A DNA stretch of 33,928 bases from Nanobdellota archaeon (GTDB taxonomy: Archaea > Nanobdellota > Nanobdellia > Woesearchaeales > JAHJEM01), in assembly GCA_043805315.1 (NCBI GenBank), contig JAZDID010000009.1, positions 1 to 33,928 of the forward strand, written 5' to 3'. The notes below the pieces were generated by a model. The model had not been told where the DNA came from and made no database searches. It saw only the letters and a list, made by a program, of their open reading frames with translations. This document shows positions 1 through 7,964 of the stretch, piece by piece. The stretch's first letter is position 1; the number at the start of each line of letters is the position of its first letter. Position numbers and translations under genes: made by a program.

Positions 1-850
1 TCTTGGTTTTTTGGATGAACTCCTGCACTTCCTTCTCGTATTTTGTTCCTTTGATGAGGCCGGGAAGCTTGGGATGGTTCAATGCCATCACCATGAACGT
101 CACTCCGCATATGGTGTCAGGCCTTGTCGTGAACACCGGCCACTTCTCTCCGTCGATACTGAAATCGATCTCAGTGCCGTGGCTCTTGCCGATCCAATTC
201 TCCTGTATCTTCTTCAAGCGTTCAGGCCAGTTGAGGTCTTTCAAGCTTTCCAAGAGCTCGTCTGCATAGGCAGTCGTCTTCAGGAACCACTGCTCAAGCG
301 TCTTTTCAATGACAGGGTTCTCGCACCGCCAGCACTTTCCTGATTCGACCTCTTCATTGGCAAGGGTGGTGTTGCAGCTCTCGCAGTAATTCACCACTGC
401 TTTCTTGCGGTATGCCAGGCCTTTCTCAAACATCTTGATGAAGAAGCACTGGTTCCATTTGTAATATTCAGGACGGTGGGTTGCGATGACCCGAGACCAA
501 TCATAACTGAGACCAAGCTCCTTCTGGTATTCGATGATCTTGGCGATCGCGTTCTCAGTATATTCCTTCGGGTGCATGTGCGCCTTTTTCGCCGCATTCT
601 CAGCAGGCAGGCCGAAGGAATCATAACCCATAGGATAAAGGACATTGAAGCCCTGCATGCGCTTGAAACGGGCGACAGCATCGCCCAGGGAATAGTTGCG
701 TGCATGGCCCATATGCAAAAATGCTCCCGAGGGATATGGTAGCATTTCGAGGCAGAAAAATTTTTTCTTTTTGGGATTTTCTTTTACTTCGAAGATCTTC
801 GCTTCAGACCAGCGCTTCTGCCACTTCTTTGCAACTGCCGGAAAATCCAT
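1..850 (-). CDS. leuS: Leucine--tRNA ligase, bacterial type (N-terminal part; runs off the window edge)
   Basis: Absent from the ORF track; translated by hand from ATG at 850: [14 protein letters not shown]...[21 protein letters not shown]...[14 protein letters not shown]...CESC...CWRC...QENWIGKS...VFTTRPDT. Contains the HMGH (HIGH) motif, Zn knuckle and start of the CP1 editing domain. Confidence 0.95.
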   Translation of the reverse strand, partial: MDFPAVAKKWQKRWSEAKIFEVKENPKKKKFFCLEMLPYPSGAFLHMGHARNYSLGDAVARFKRMQGFNVLYPMGYDSFGLPAENAAKKAHMHPKEYTENAIAKIIEYQKELGLSYDWSRVIATHRPEYYKWNQCFFIKMFEKGLAYRKKAVVNYCESCNTTLANEEVESGKCWRCENPVIEKTLEQWFLKTTAYADELLESLKDLNWPERLKKIQENWIGKSHGTEIDFSIDGEKWPVFTTRPDTICGVTFMVMALNHPKLPGLIKGTKYEKEVQEFIQKTK

Positions 851-920
851 ACATGAACAGAAACAGAACCGATTTTTAAATATGACGGAAAAAAACAATA
901 AAAAAGAAAAAAGACGATGC

Positions 921-1118
921 TCAGAACTTCTTGAACTGGCCTGCGATGTCTATCAGGTCGACCTGACCCAAGAAGACAGCCCTGCAGCAGTAGCGCTGAA
1001 GGCCGAGGTCGTCCATGACCTTCTTCCTGGACTCGCCTTTCTTGACTTTATCCAGGTAATCAGCATAGAGATGGCCGATCGGCTTTCCACAGCTCATGCA
1101 ACGGACGGGGATGATCAT
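921..1118 (-). CDS. rpoN: DNA-directed RNA polymerase subunit N (Rpo10)
   Basis: [12 protein letters not shown]...RYCCR signature; usual position after rps9. Confidence 0.97.
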   Translation of the reverse strand: MIIPVRCMSCGKPIGHLYADYLDKVKKGESRKKVMDDLGLQRYCCRAVFLGQVDLIDIAGQFKKF

Positions 1119-1143
1119 GTTCTTCCTCTTCTTCGAATTTTTT

Positions 1144-1184
1144 TAACAGCGTGTAACAAACATCGGACTATAACAGCGTTTAAC
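1144..1184. repeat. Direct repeat TAACAGCGT(G/T)TAAC x2; second copy matches the terminal 12-mer of the 12.9-13.6 kb repeat units
   Basis: taacagcgtgtaac at 1144 and taacagcgtttaac at 1171; ACAGCGTTTAAC also at 12870, 13174 and 13437. Confidence 0.6.
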
Positions 1185-1578
1185 GATACGACTTCTGCAG
1201 CTTCGAGCGTGCCTGTCCGTGCGAGTTTGGTTTTGCGCTTTCCTTGCGCCGCACGTCAGCAATGAGGAGTTGGCGGTCATAGCCTAAAAACTGCTCCTTC
1301 AATCGTGGAGAGTGCTGGACCAGGCACCTACTGATCGCCAGGCGTGCTGCCCCTGCCATCGAAGACAAGCCGCCGCCATGCACGTTCACGTCGATGTTGA
1401 CCTTCTCGCCGATCTCTCCAGAGAGGATGAGCGGCTCTTGGATCTTGAGGCGGTACATCTCAGGCTCCCAATAGTCAAGGAATTTCTTGTTGATCTTGAC
1501 AATGCCTGTCCCTTCCCGCAATGTCGCACGCGCGATCGCGCGCTTCCTCTTTCCTGATGCATGGATGATCGGCTTCAT
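1180..1578 (-). CDS. rps9: 30S ribosomal protein S9 (uS9)
   Basis: SGKRKRAIARA, VHGGG, C-terminal QKSYR. Confidence 0.97.
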   Translation of the reverse strand: MKPIIHASGKRKRAIARATLREGTGIVKINKKFLDYWEPEMYRLKIQEPLILSGEIGEKVNIDVNVHGGGLSSMAGAARLAISRCLVQHSPRLKEQFLGYDRQLLIADVRRKESAKPNSHGQARSKLQKSYR

Positions 1579-1991
1579 ACTTTCCCTCCGAGATGCCTGC
1601 AGATCTCGAGCACAGAGAGATACTTGTTGCTCGGAAGCTTCGAGACCTGGCAGTGCTTGAACGAGACCAGCTCTTTATCCTTGAATTCTTCTGGCAGGCC
1701 AATGTAACACATGATTCTTTTGAACGCCTCCCTGCCTTTCGGCTGCTTATAGGGCAGCATGCCGCGGATGGTCCTGCGCACGAAACGGTCAGGGCTCCGG
1801 TGGATGAATGGGCCTTTTGCCCAGGTGCCCTGGCGCTTCCTCCGCATGTATTCCGTAAGGACTTTCCTCCGATCTCCAGAGACGTAGGCCTTCTCTGCAT
1901 GCACGATAATGACCTCTTCTCCCAAGAGCGCGGTCTTGGCAGCATAGGTCGCCATCCTTCCCAATATGAGGTTTGTTGCGTCGATGATCAT
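1575..1991 (-). CDS. rpl13: 50S ribosomal protein L13 (uL13)
   Basis: IIDATNLILGRMA, RRTIRGMLPYK; ATGA overlap with rps9. Confidence 0.97.
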   Translation of the reverse strand: MIIDATNLILGRMATYAAKTALLGEEVIIVHAEKAYVSGDRRKVLTEYMRRKRQGTWAKGPFIHRSPDRFVRRTIRGMLPYKQPKGREAFKRIMCYIGLPEEFKDKELVSFKHCQVSKLPSNKYLSVLEICRHLGGKV

Positions 1992-1997
1992 TTTGGT

Positions 1998-2357
1998 TTA
2001 TCCGAGTATTTTCACATTCTTTGCTTTCGGGTTTTTCTGCATGAGCTCAGGAATGGTCAAGGCCTCGCCTTTCTGCTGGATCTTCCTGAATGCCTCTTCT
2101 GAAAAAGTATATGCTGCCACAGAAACCTTCTTGCTCAGCTCTCCCACTCCCAGGACTTTCCCAGGCACGATGACTGTCTCGTTCTCAGCAGCGTGCTGGT
2201 CGATCTTGTACACGTTGACAACACGCCTGTTCCGTGTCGACTTTTCCAGATCTGAGGCTATCCGCTTCCAGAGCATACAGTTGTTCTGGCTCGACAGCTT
2301 CTTCAGCTCTGCAATAAGCCCTGCAAGCTGAATGTTCTTCTCGATTGTTGATTTCAT
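1998..2357 (-). CDS. rpl18e: 50S ribosomal protein L18e (eL18)
   Basis: VIVPGKVLGVG, VAAYTFS; conserved operon position. Confidence 0.96.
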   Translation of the reverse strand: MKSTIEKNIQLAGLIAELKKLSSQNNCMLWKRIASDLEKSTRNRRVVNVYKIDQHAAENETVIVPGKVLGVGELSKKVSVAAYTFSEEAFRKIQQKGEALTIPELMQKNPKAKNVKILG

Positions 2358-2387
2358 GTTTCTCGATATTACTTTCGATATTACCTA

Positions 2388-2556
2388 CATGGAAATGGGA
2401 TAAAAAGGGAATTCATGTCATTTTTATCCCATTACTAATACTTTTTACCAGATTGCCATGAAACCACAGGTTTCTTGGCCGTGAGAAACCTCCGGTTTCC
2501 CACGTTTGGTAAAAATCTGTTACTAATACTTTTTATCAAATTTTTTGTAAAAATTT
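2388..2556 (-). repeat. Mosaic hairpin element, partial copy (shares modules with 31615-31698)
   Basis: Reverse complement of 2520-2556 matches 31615-31651 at 34/37 nt. Reverse complement of 2388-2432 aligns to 31651-31698. An 87-nt insert between them carries two GAAACC-N3-GGTTTC hairpins. Confidence 0.85.
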
Positions 2557-2681
2557 GCGGGGGACGTGATTTGAACACGCGCACCCACTAAGGGACTAGC
2601 CGTTTAAAGCGTCTCTTTAAACCCAAACCAGGTTCACGCTGCCTCAAGCTAGCGCATTTGACCAGGCTCTGCCACCCCCGC
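2556..2681 (-). tRNA. tRNA-Leu(GAG) with 40-nt BHB intron at position 37/38 (intron 2602-2641)
   Basis: GCGGGGG/CCCCCGC acceptor arm, anticodon stem CTAGC/GCTAG, loop TT-GAG-G, long variable arm, TTCAAAT T-loop. BHB: TTGA/TTAA central helix and AGCGT/ACGCT outer helix. Confidence 0.95.
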
Positions 2682-2736
2682 ATGAATTGGAACGGTGGAT
2701 GTGACTGTTCTTCTTGCGTATCCTGATAGAGGAATC

Positions 2737-3534
2737 TTATTCCCCGATCGTTTCCAAGAGCTTGGCAAACTCCTTCAAGTCATCATTGAAGAGCTCGATA
2801 GCCTTGATGAGGATCTCACCTGGCTCGAGCTGGCCCCAGCTCTCGACAGTGAATGCGAAATTGTTTGACTTCTTGATTTCAATGGCTCCCTGCGGCCGTG
2901 CCACGCTGATGCACTCTTCGCAAAACTCGCATTCCCGTTCAAACTCTGCATTCAGCGCGAGCTTTCCTGCCTTGATCTCAAAGATCTTTTTCGGGCAGCA
3001 CTCGACAATCTCCTTGGCATTTTCCGGCTCTTTCTTGATGAGGATATCAGGAATGTGATGATACGAGACAAGGCCCGGGCTCCATTTTGCATGCTCTTTT
3101 CCCTTGCCAAGCACTGCTGTCGCTTCAAAAGATATGTCCTGGCCCTCCAAAAGCTTCACAATAGGCATCTGCAGATAGACTGGTTTGATCTTGGGATCCT
3201 TTGATTTTAGCTCAGAGGCATACACAGTCTTCGGACCGGCAGCCTTCAGCGTAAGCGTCAACATGCATTGGGCGCAGCCAGCGCCTTTGCAGCTGCACTC
3301 GCTTCTCAGCGTGTACGAATCAAGGTCAGTCTTCAAAGGAACTAATCCTAGTCTATGCGCAACCATCTCATCATAGAGGATGGAATTGTTCACCCTGAAC
3401 TCGACCTCTTCGATAGCCATGGTCGGGACTTCAAACGCCATGTATCTCCGCAAGGAATTCACATACGATATGTCAACATCATTGATCCTGAGCATGACCC
3501 TGTCCTTTTCCTTTGCGAGCATTTTGAGTTCCAT
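2737..3534 (-). CDS. rpoD: DNA-directed RNA polymerase subunit D (Rpo3)
   Basis: NSLRR..EVPTMAI, AHRLGLVPL, KEHAKWSP, ferredoxin-like insert CCP...CEFCEEC. Start moved to the ATG at 3534 that overlaps the rps11 stop. Confidence 0.96.
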   Translation of the reverse strand: MELKMLAKEKDRVMLRINDVDISYVNSLRRYMAFEVPTMAIEEVEFRVNNSILYDEMVAHRLGLVPLKTDLDSYTLRSECSCKGAGCAQCMLTLTLKAAGPKTVYASELKSKDPKIKPVYLQMPIVKLLEGQDISFEATAVLGKGKEHAKWSPGLVSYHHIPDILIKKEPENAKEIVECCPKKIFEIKAGKLALNAEFERECEFCEECISVARPQGAIEIKKSNNFAFTVESWGQLEPGEILIKAIELFNDDLKEFAKLLETIGE

Positions 3535-3941
3535 TATACTCTCCTCCCCCTTTTTCCGCCTTTCTTCCTGCACCCACCATGCGGGACAGGAGTGACATCC
3601 TCGATAAAGCCTATCTTCAATCCTCTTCTTGATAATGCGCGGACAGCGGCCTGCGCTCCAGGCCCTGGATTCATGGGACCGTTATGACCCCCGGGCGCCT
3701 TGATCTTGATATGGACGCCATGGATGCCTTTTTCCATGGCAAGCTCAGCAGCCTTTTTTGCAGCGATCATCGCTGCGGTGGGAGAGCTCTCCAGCCTGTC
3801 TGACTTGACAACCTGGCCTCCAGAAGCGAGCGCGAGAGTCTCTGTGCCAGTGATGTCAGTGATATGGATGATCGTGTTATTGTACGAGGAATAGATATGG
3901 CATAATCCCCATCTCATGTGCTGTGATTCTTGATCTGTCAT
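3534..3941 (-). CDS. rps11: 30S ribosomal protein S11 (uS11)
   Basis: [33 protein letters not shown]. Confidence 0.97.
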   Translation of the reverse strand: MTDQESQHMRWGLCHIYSSYNNTIIHITDITGTETLALASGGQVVKSDRLESSPTAAMIAAKKAAELAMEKGIHGVHIKIKAPGGHNGPMNPGPGAQAAVRALSRRGLKIGFIEDVTPVPHGGCRKKGGKRGRRV

Positions 3942-3951
3942 TGTGTCGGTG

Positions 3952-4719
3952 TTATGATTTTTTCTCTTTCTTGGGCTTCTGCAGGGTTTCCATCTCAGTC
4001 TTGCCTTCAGTGATGATCTCTTTCACTTCCTGGCTTGGAGTCTCTGCCTCGAGCTTCTTCACTTCCCGCTCCTCTTCTGTACCCAATACAATCTCGATCT
4101 CCTTTGCCTCGATTTCTTCCTCTGTGAGGAGCTTCTTTTCCTCTTCGCTGAGCTCTGCTTTTCCTTTCAGCTTCTTCTTCTTGTCTTCGTGCCTTTCTTT
4201 CTCCTCATCCCTGATCCGCTCAGGATGCTCGATGTCATACAATGTTGATTTTGGCGAGAATGCGATGTATGCCTCTTCTCCGACGCTCACGAGATAGCTC
4301 GGGACTGTTATCTTCTGGTTTTGGACAGAGATGTGATGGTGCACGATGAATTGGCGCGCCTGGTCCATAGAGCGCGCAAGGCTCTTTTTGAAGACAAGGC
4401 TCTGCAGCCGTCTCTCCAGGATGTTCTTGATCTGCAGGCCTAACACGTCATCCAAGGGAGCTCCTGGCTGGAGCAAGCCGAGGCGGACAAGCCGGGAAAG
4501 GATTTGTGCCTTCTCCTTTTCTGCCTGCATTCCCTGGCGCGCGGTCAATAACTTTGCCTGGTCCTTGAAGTTCTTGAGCACAGACTCCATCTTCCAAATC
4601 TCCTTTTTTCTCCGCAGCCCATACTCTTTCAAGAGTGTATTCTCCAGCTCGATCCGTGATTTCTGCCAGGGATGCGCGGGCGTATAGTACTTTTTCCTGT
4701 TTTTCTTGATATCTCCCAT
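3952..4719 (-). CDS. rps4: 30S ribosomal protein S4 (uS4) with charged C-terminal extension
   Basis: [33 protein letters not shown]. Confidence 0.96.
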   Translation of the reverse strand: MGDIKKNRKKYYTPAHPWQKSRIELENTLLKEYGLRRKKEIWKMESVLKNFKDQAKLLTARQGMQAEKEKAQILSRLVRLGLLQPGAPLDDVLGLQIKNILERRLQSLVFKKSLARSMDQARQFIVHHHISVQNQKITVPSYLVSVGEEAYIAFSPKSTLYDIEHPERIRDEEKERHEDKKKKLKGKAELSEEEKKLLTEEEIEAKEIEIVLGTEEEREVKKLEAETPSQEVKEIITEGKTEMETLQKPKKEKKS

Positions 4720-4728
4720 CTTCTCTCC

Positions 4729-5316
4729 TTATTTCTTCCTGTCGTCTCCCTGCGGCGCTGCAACCTTCTTCCTTATCACGCCCAGGCCCTTGCCTTTGTT
4801 CTTCCTGAAATTAGACTTGGTCCGCTGGCCGCGGACAGGAAGGCCCCACTGGTGCCGCAAGCCTTTGTATGATTTAACTTTCTTCATAAGCTTGATGTCG
4901 TTTTCTCTCGTAAAGGTGAGATCTGAAGTGATGAGATGCCTGTCTGCTCCGGTCTCAGGATCCTTGCGCCTGTTGAAGAGCCACACAGGAATATGAAACC
5001 TGACAGGATTCCTGATCACCTCATCCAAGGCATTGACTTCTGAATCCAACAGCTCTCCGGTGCGCTTCTGCTTGTCCACGCCTGCAATATGGCAGACTGT
5101 ATGCGCGAACATGACATTGATGCCCTTGATCTTCCGTAACGAGAACATGATCTGCTTCCTGCCGTCCAGGTCTGTGTTGGCAATACGGACGATATGCTTG
5201 TAGTTCGCAGAAGCGTCTGTAGGACGCATCATGACCGGCTTTTGCATGCTTACCTGAGGCTTTTGTTCCTGGCTACGCGGCTTTTTCTGGTCTTGCCCTT
5301 TCCTGTCATCAACCAT
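4729..5316 (-). CDS. rps13: 30S ribosomal protein S13 (uS13) with N-terminal extension
   Basis: IVRIANTDLDG, WLFNRRKD, YKGLRHQWGLPVRGQRTKSN. Confidence 0.97.
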   Translation of the reverse strand: MVDDRKGQDQKKPRSQEQKPQVSMQKPVMMRPTDASANYKHIVRIANTDLDGRKQIMFSLRKIKGINVMFAHTVCHIAGVDKQKRTGELLDSEVNALDEVIRNPVRFHIPVWLFNRRKDPETGADRHLITSDLTFTRENDIKLMKKVKSYKGLRHQWGLPVRGQRTKSNFRKNKGKGLGVIRKKVAAPQGDDRKK

Positions 5317-5344
5317 TGTTCACGTTCACGATGATTTATACACT

Positions 5345-5458
5345 ATTCCCGTGCGAATCGTGTTTAGAATAAGCGAACCCACAGTTTCAGTAAGTTCTCT
5401 TACCCTCAACGCTCTTCACTCGGGCAATAATCGAGTGGAACAGCAAGGGATTTATAAA
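5345..5458 (-). promoter_or_regulatory. TATA box (TTTATAAA, 5451-5458) and structured 5' leader of the rps13 operon
   Basis: On the minus strand ATTGCCCGAGTGAA pairs with TTCGCACGGGAAT and encloses GAGCG/CGCTT and a GGTAAG-AGAA-CTTACT hairpin. Confidence 0.5.
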
Positions 5459-5495
5459 GGTTACGGAAAGAATAAAGCACGTACTTCTGAAAGAC

Positions 5496-6446
5496 TCAGT
5501 GTGAGAAGTACTGCTGTTTGAAGATGATCGTTGGATTGAGGTAGTCATAGCTGATTATAAAACTGCCAAACTTTTTCTTTAACTGATCGATAAACTCAAG
5601 GAATTTCTCAAAAGATTCAAGCTCCAGGTCGAACTCGAAGTCAGTGCCACCTATGAACTTGTCATAATACACGACATTCTTGTGCATCTTGATAAAGGCA
5701 TACATCTGTTTTCGCACTGAAAGGTCATTCAGGCTGATCATCAGCTTGTAATATGTGTATCCCATTTTCGCGAAATTAAGGTTGAGGCTGTAGCCAAGGA
5801 TGATCTTCTCCTTTTCGAGCCGTCTGATTCTTGCTGCGACAGTCTTTGGCGTCAAGTGAAGGATCTGTGCAATCTGCAGTAATGGTGTCCTGGCTTTTTC
5901 TGAGAGCAGCCTGAGAATGTGCTCATCTGTTTCGTCGATCTCCTTATGCTCTCTTCTCGCGATGACTGCGACAGTTTCTGCATCTTTGTCCAGGAGGTAC
6001 TTCCGCAGGAACTGATGGTATTCTAGGAGGATAGCGATGCGGACCACTTCCAAATGCTGTTTGAACTCCTGATAGAACGCGCTCCAGATCCTGTCAAACT
6101 CCTCAGGAGTCTTCGTGGAGATGAGCAGCGAGAGGTTGATGCTGCCTTCGACTTTTGCGACGAGCCACATCTGCCTGTTGCGTATTGCCTTGTCAATGAT
6201 CTCCTGCTCCTTCTCTGCAGAGGTGTTCCTGAACTTGAGATAGATGTCATATGTGGTGTAGCCAAGGCTGTTGACGTTCACACGGGCATTGTAGCCGAGA
6301 ATGACCTCTTCTTTTTCCAAATCCTTGATCCGGTTGATGACTGAGTTCTTGCTGAGCCTGATGCGCTTGCCGATCTCTGAATACGAAATTCTCGCGTTCT
6401 TGTCGAGTTCGTGGAGTATCTTTCTGTCTTTGACATCGAGATGCAT
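5496..6446 (-). CDS. Tandem (double) Lrp/AsnC-family transcriptional regulator
   Basis: Two HTH+RAM modules: LDVKDRKILHELDKNARISYSEIG and IDETDEHILRLLSEKARTPLLQIA. Confidence 0.9.
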   Translation of the reverse strand: MHLDVKDRKILHELDKNARISYSEIGKRIRLSKNSVINRIKDLEKEEVILGYNARVNVNSLGYTTYDIYLKFRNTSAEKEQEIIDKAIRNRQMWLVAKVEGSINLSLLISTKTPEEFDRIWSAFYQEFKQHLEVVRIAILLEYHQFLRKYLLDKDAETVAVIARREHKEIDETDEHILRLLSEKARTPLLQIAQILHLTPKTVAARIRRLEKEKIILGYSLNLNFAKMGYTYYKLMISLNDLSVRKQMYAFIKMHKNVVYYDKFIGGTDFEFDLELESFEKFLEFIDQLKKKFGSFIISYDYLNPTIIFKQQYFSH

Positions 6447-6566
6447 GATACAAACCAACCTATTCTGTTTAAATACTTTCTCTTTTGTATCTTTTTTTAT
6501 CAGAAAATATTATATATTGTATAATACCACAGAACAGTAATAACAAATTATGTGGAGGAAATCAAC

Positions 6567-7091
6567 ATGACAGAAGTCAAGATAACTGAAGAGAACCAGG
6601 AGTTTGGGAAGAGAGCTATCGCACTGCAGAAGAAGATACTCGACCAGGGCATTGCGTATTCGCGGGTAAATAGGGAAGGATTGGTTGCGTTGGGCATTCC
6701 CTGGAAATTCATTGACGGAGGAAGGACAAGTCCGAAGAACAGCCTGTGGGTTTTTATGAATCCGTTTGAGATTGCGATAGGCTCTCCTGTTTGCGCAAGT
6801 GGAGCAGAACAGGAAGTTCACTTCATAGGAACATTCATGACCGAGAATTTGGGAAACTGGACTGAGCTTGAAACGCGGGTCAAACGAGATTTTCCTGTCT
6901 TTGGAAAAAAAATCTCAGAAAAGACGTATCTCAAAGGGGAAATCTACTTACCATACGGCGCTGAAGGTAGAAAAGCTTGGAACGAACCCCGGATGGCATA
7001 CATCAAAGATGACACAACCGTCTACCCGGTCTACCAGAGAAACCTGGACGAGATAGTACAGCTGTTCGAAGAATATCGTATAAGTGAATAG
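6567..7091 (+). CDS. Hypothetical protein, divergent from the Lrp regulator
   Basis: 174-aa ORF, GGAGG RBS before ATG 6567; no motif recognised. Confidence 0.7.
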   Translation: MTEVKITEENQEFGKRAIALQKKILDQGIAYSRVNREGLVALGIPWKFIDGGRTSPKNSLWVFMNPFEIAIGSPVCASGAEQEVHFIGTFMTENLGNWTELETRVKRDFPVFGKKISEKTYLKGEIYLPYGAEGRKAWNEPRMAYIKDDTTVYPVYQRNLDEIVQLFEEYRISE

Positions 7092-7092
7092 T

Positions 7093-7311
7093 CTAATACC
7101 GGTGCATCCCCTTCAAGTCAGCGACGATCAGCATGACGCTCACGATGAGCGTGAACGCAGCGAAGAGGATGGTGATGGTCTCTGCAGGCAGGGGATTCTG
7201 GAACGCGATGACCTCGTACTTGATGAGAAAGAAGAGCGCGCTGAGAATCACGCCGACAATGCCGAGGAAAATGCCTGAATGCGAGTTGTGGTAGCTGGAA
7301 TAGGAACGCAT
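7093..7311 (-). CDS. Small membrane protein (2 TM)
   Basis: 72 aa, two hydrophobic segments, TATA-like TTTATTAA upstream. Confidence 0.65.
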   Translation of the reverse strand: MRSYSSYHNSHSGIFLGIVGVILSALFFLIKYEVIAFQNPLPAETITILFAAFTLIVSVMLIVADLKGMHRY

Positions 7312-7379
7312 ATTGCTGTTAAAGAGCTGGAATTAATAAAGGTTTTGAAAAGGATGAAAGATAATCCTGATCTCAATCC

Positions 7380-7700
7380 TGCGCCTCTGGTGGCGGTGCG
7401 ACAGACAAAAACTGCATTCTGGAAGCAATCCAAATGATGCAGTTTTTGTCTTACGACCCACCCCGTAGGGGCCATCCCCCGGGTCGTCGCACGCCACCAT
7501 GGCGCAGACTGGGAGGGGGTTGATTTGCAAACCGCAGGTTTGTAAATTATCACCAATCGCAATTGGTAAGTACCCCCTACGGGGTGCAATTCAAACCACA
7601 GGTTTGAATGCACATTCGAATCTTCGATTCGAATTGTGCCCAGTAGCTCATTCGGAGCAGAGCGGAGAATGAGCGTCTGCCGCCTTGGTGGTGGCGTGCG
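7380..7700. repeat. Mosaic hairpin element copy A (143-bp core 7380-7522, hairpin array, inverted distal arm 7674-7700)
   Basis: Core is 135/143 identical to 31467-31609; distal arm is 24/27 identical to 31812-31838; six hairpins lie in between. Confidence 0.9.
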
Positions 7701-7735
7701 CTGAATTAATAGGAAATAGAATAAAAAAATAGACG

Positions 7736-7853
7736 GGCGGCTGGGGGGAATCGGACCCCCTCCTGAGGCTCTCTGCAGCTTGTCTGCAGAGCCAGAAAAG
7801 CCCTGCTTTTCGCTGCCACAGGCCTCCACGCTAACCGTTACGCCACAGCCGCC
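7736..7853 (-). tRNA. tRNA-His(GTG) with encoded G-1 and 45-nt BHB intron (7771-7815)
   Basis: G-GCGGCTG/CAGCCGC-C acceptor, GAGGC/GCCTC anticodon stem, CT-GTG-G loop. BHB: CTGT/GCAG plus AGC/GCT. T-arm GGGGG-TCCGATT-CCCCC. Confidence 0.93.
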
Positions 7854-7964
7854 ATGGATAGGTGATATGAAACAAGGGGTTTTTAAAAACTTTTGCACGA
7901 AACGCACAGAAAAAGCTGAAAGAAATATGCATATTTTAATACCTGAAACTATTTTCTGCTTTCT

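Noticed and set aside
3-1265. Plus-strand ORFs at the window start (e.g. 696-1265)
   Set aside because: Antisense shadows of leuS, rpoN and rps9.
2363-2384. Short direct repeat TCGATATTAC x2 upstream of rpl18e
   Set aside because: Two 10-bp copies only; likely a local slippage duplication.
5330-5460. TPP or fluoride riboswitch, or a tRNA upstream of rps13
   Set aside because: No conserved aptamer nucleotides and no cloverleaf.
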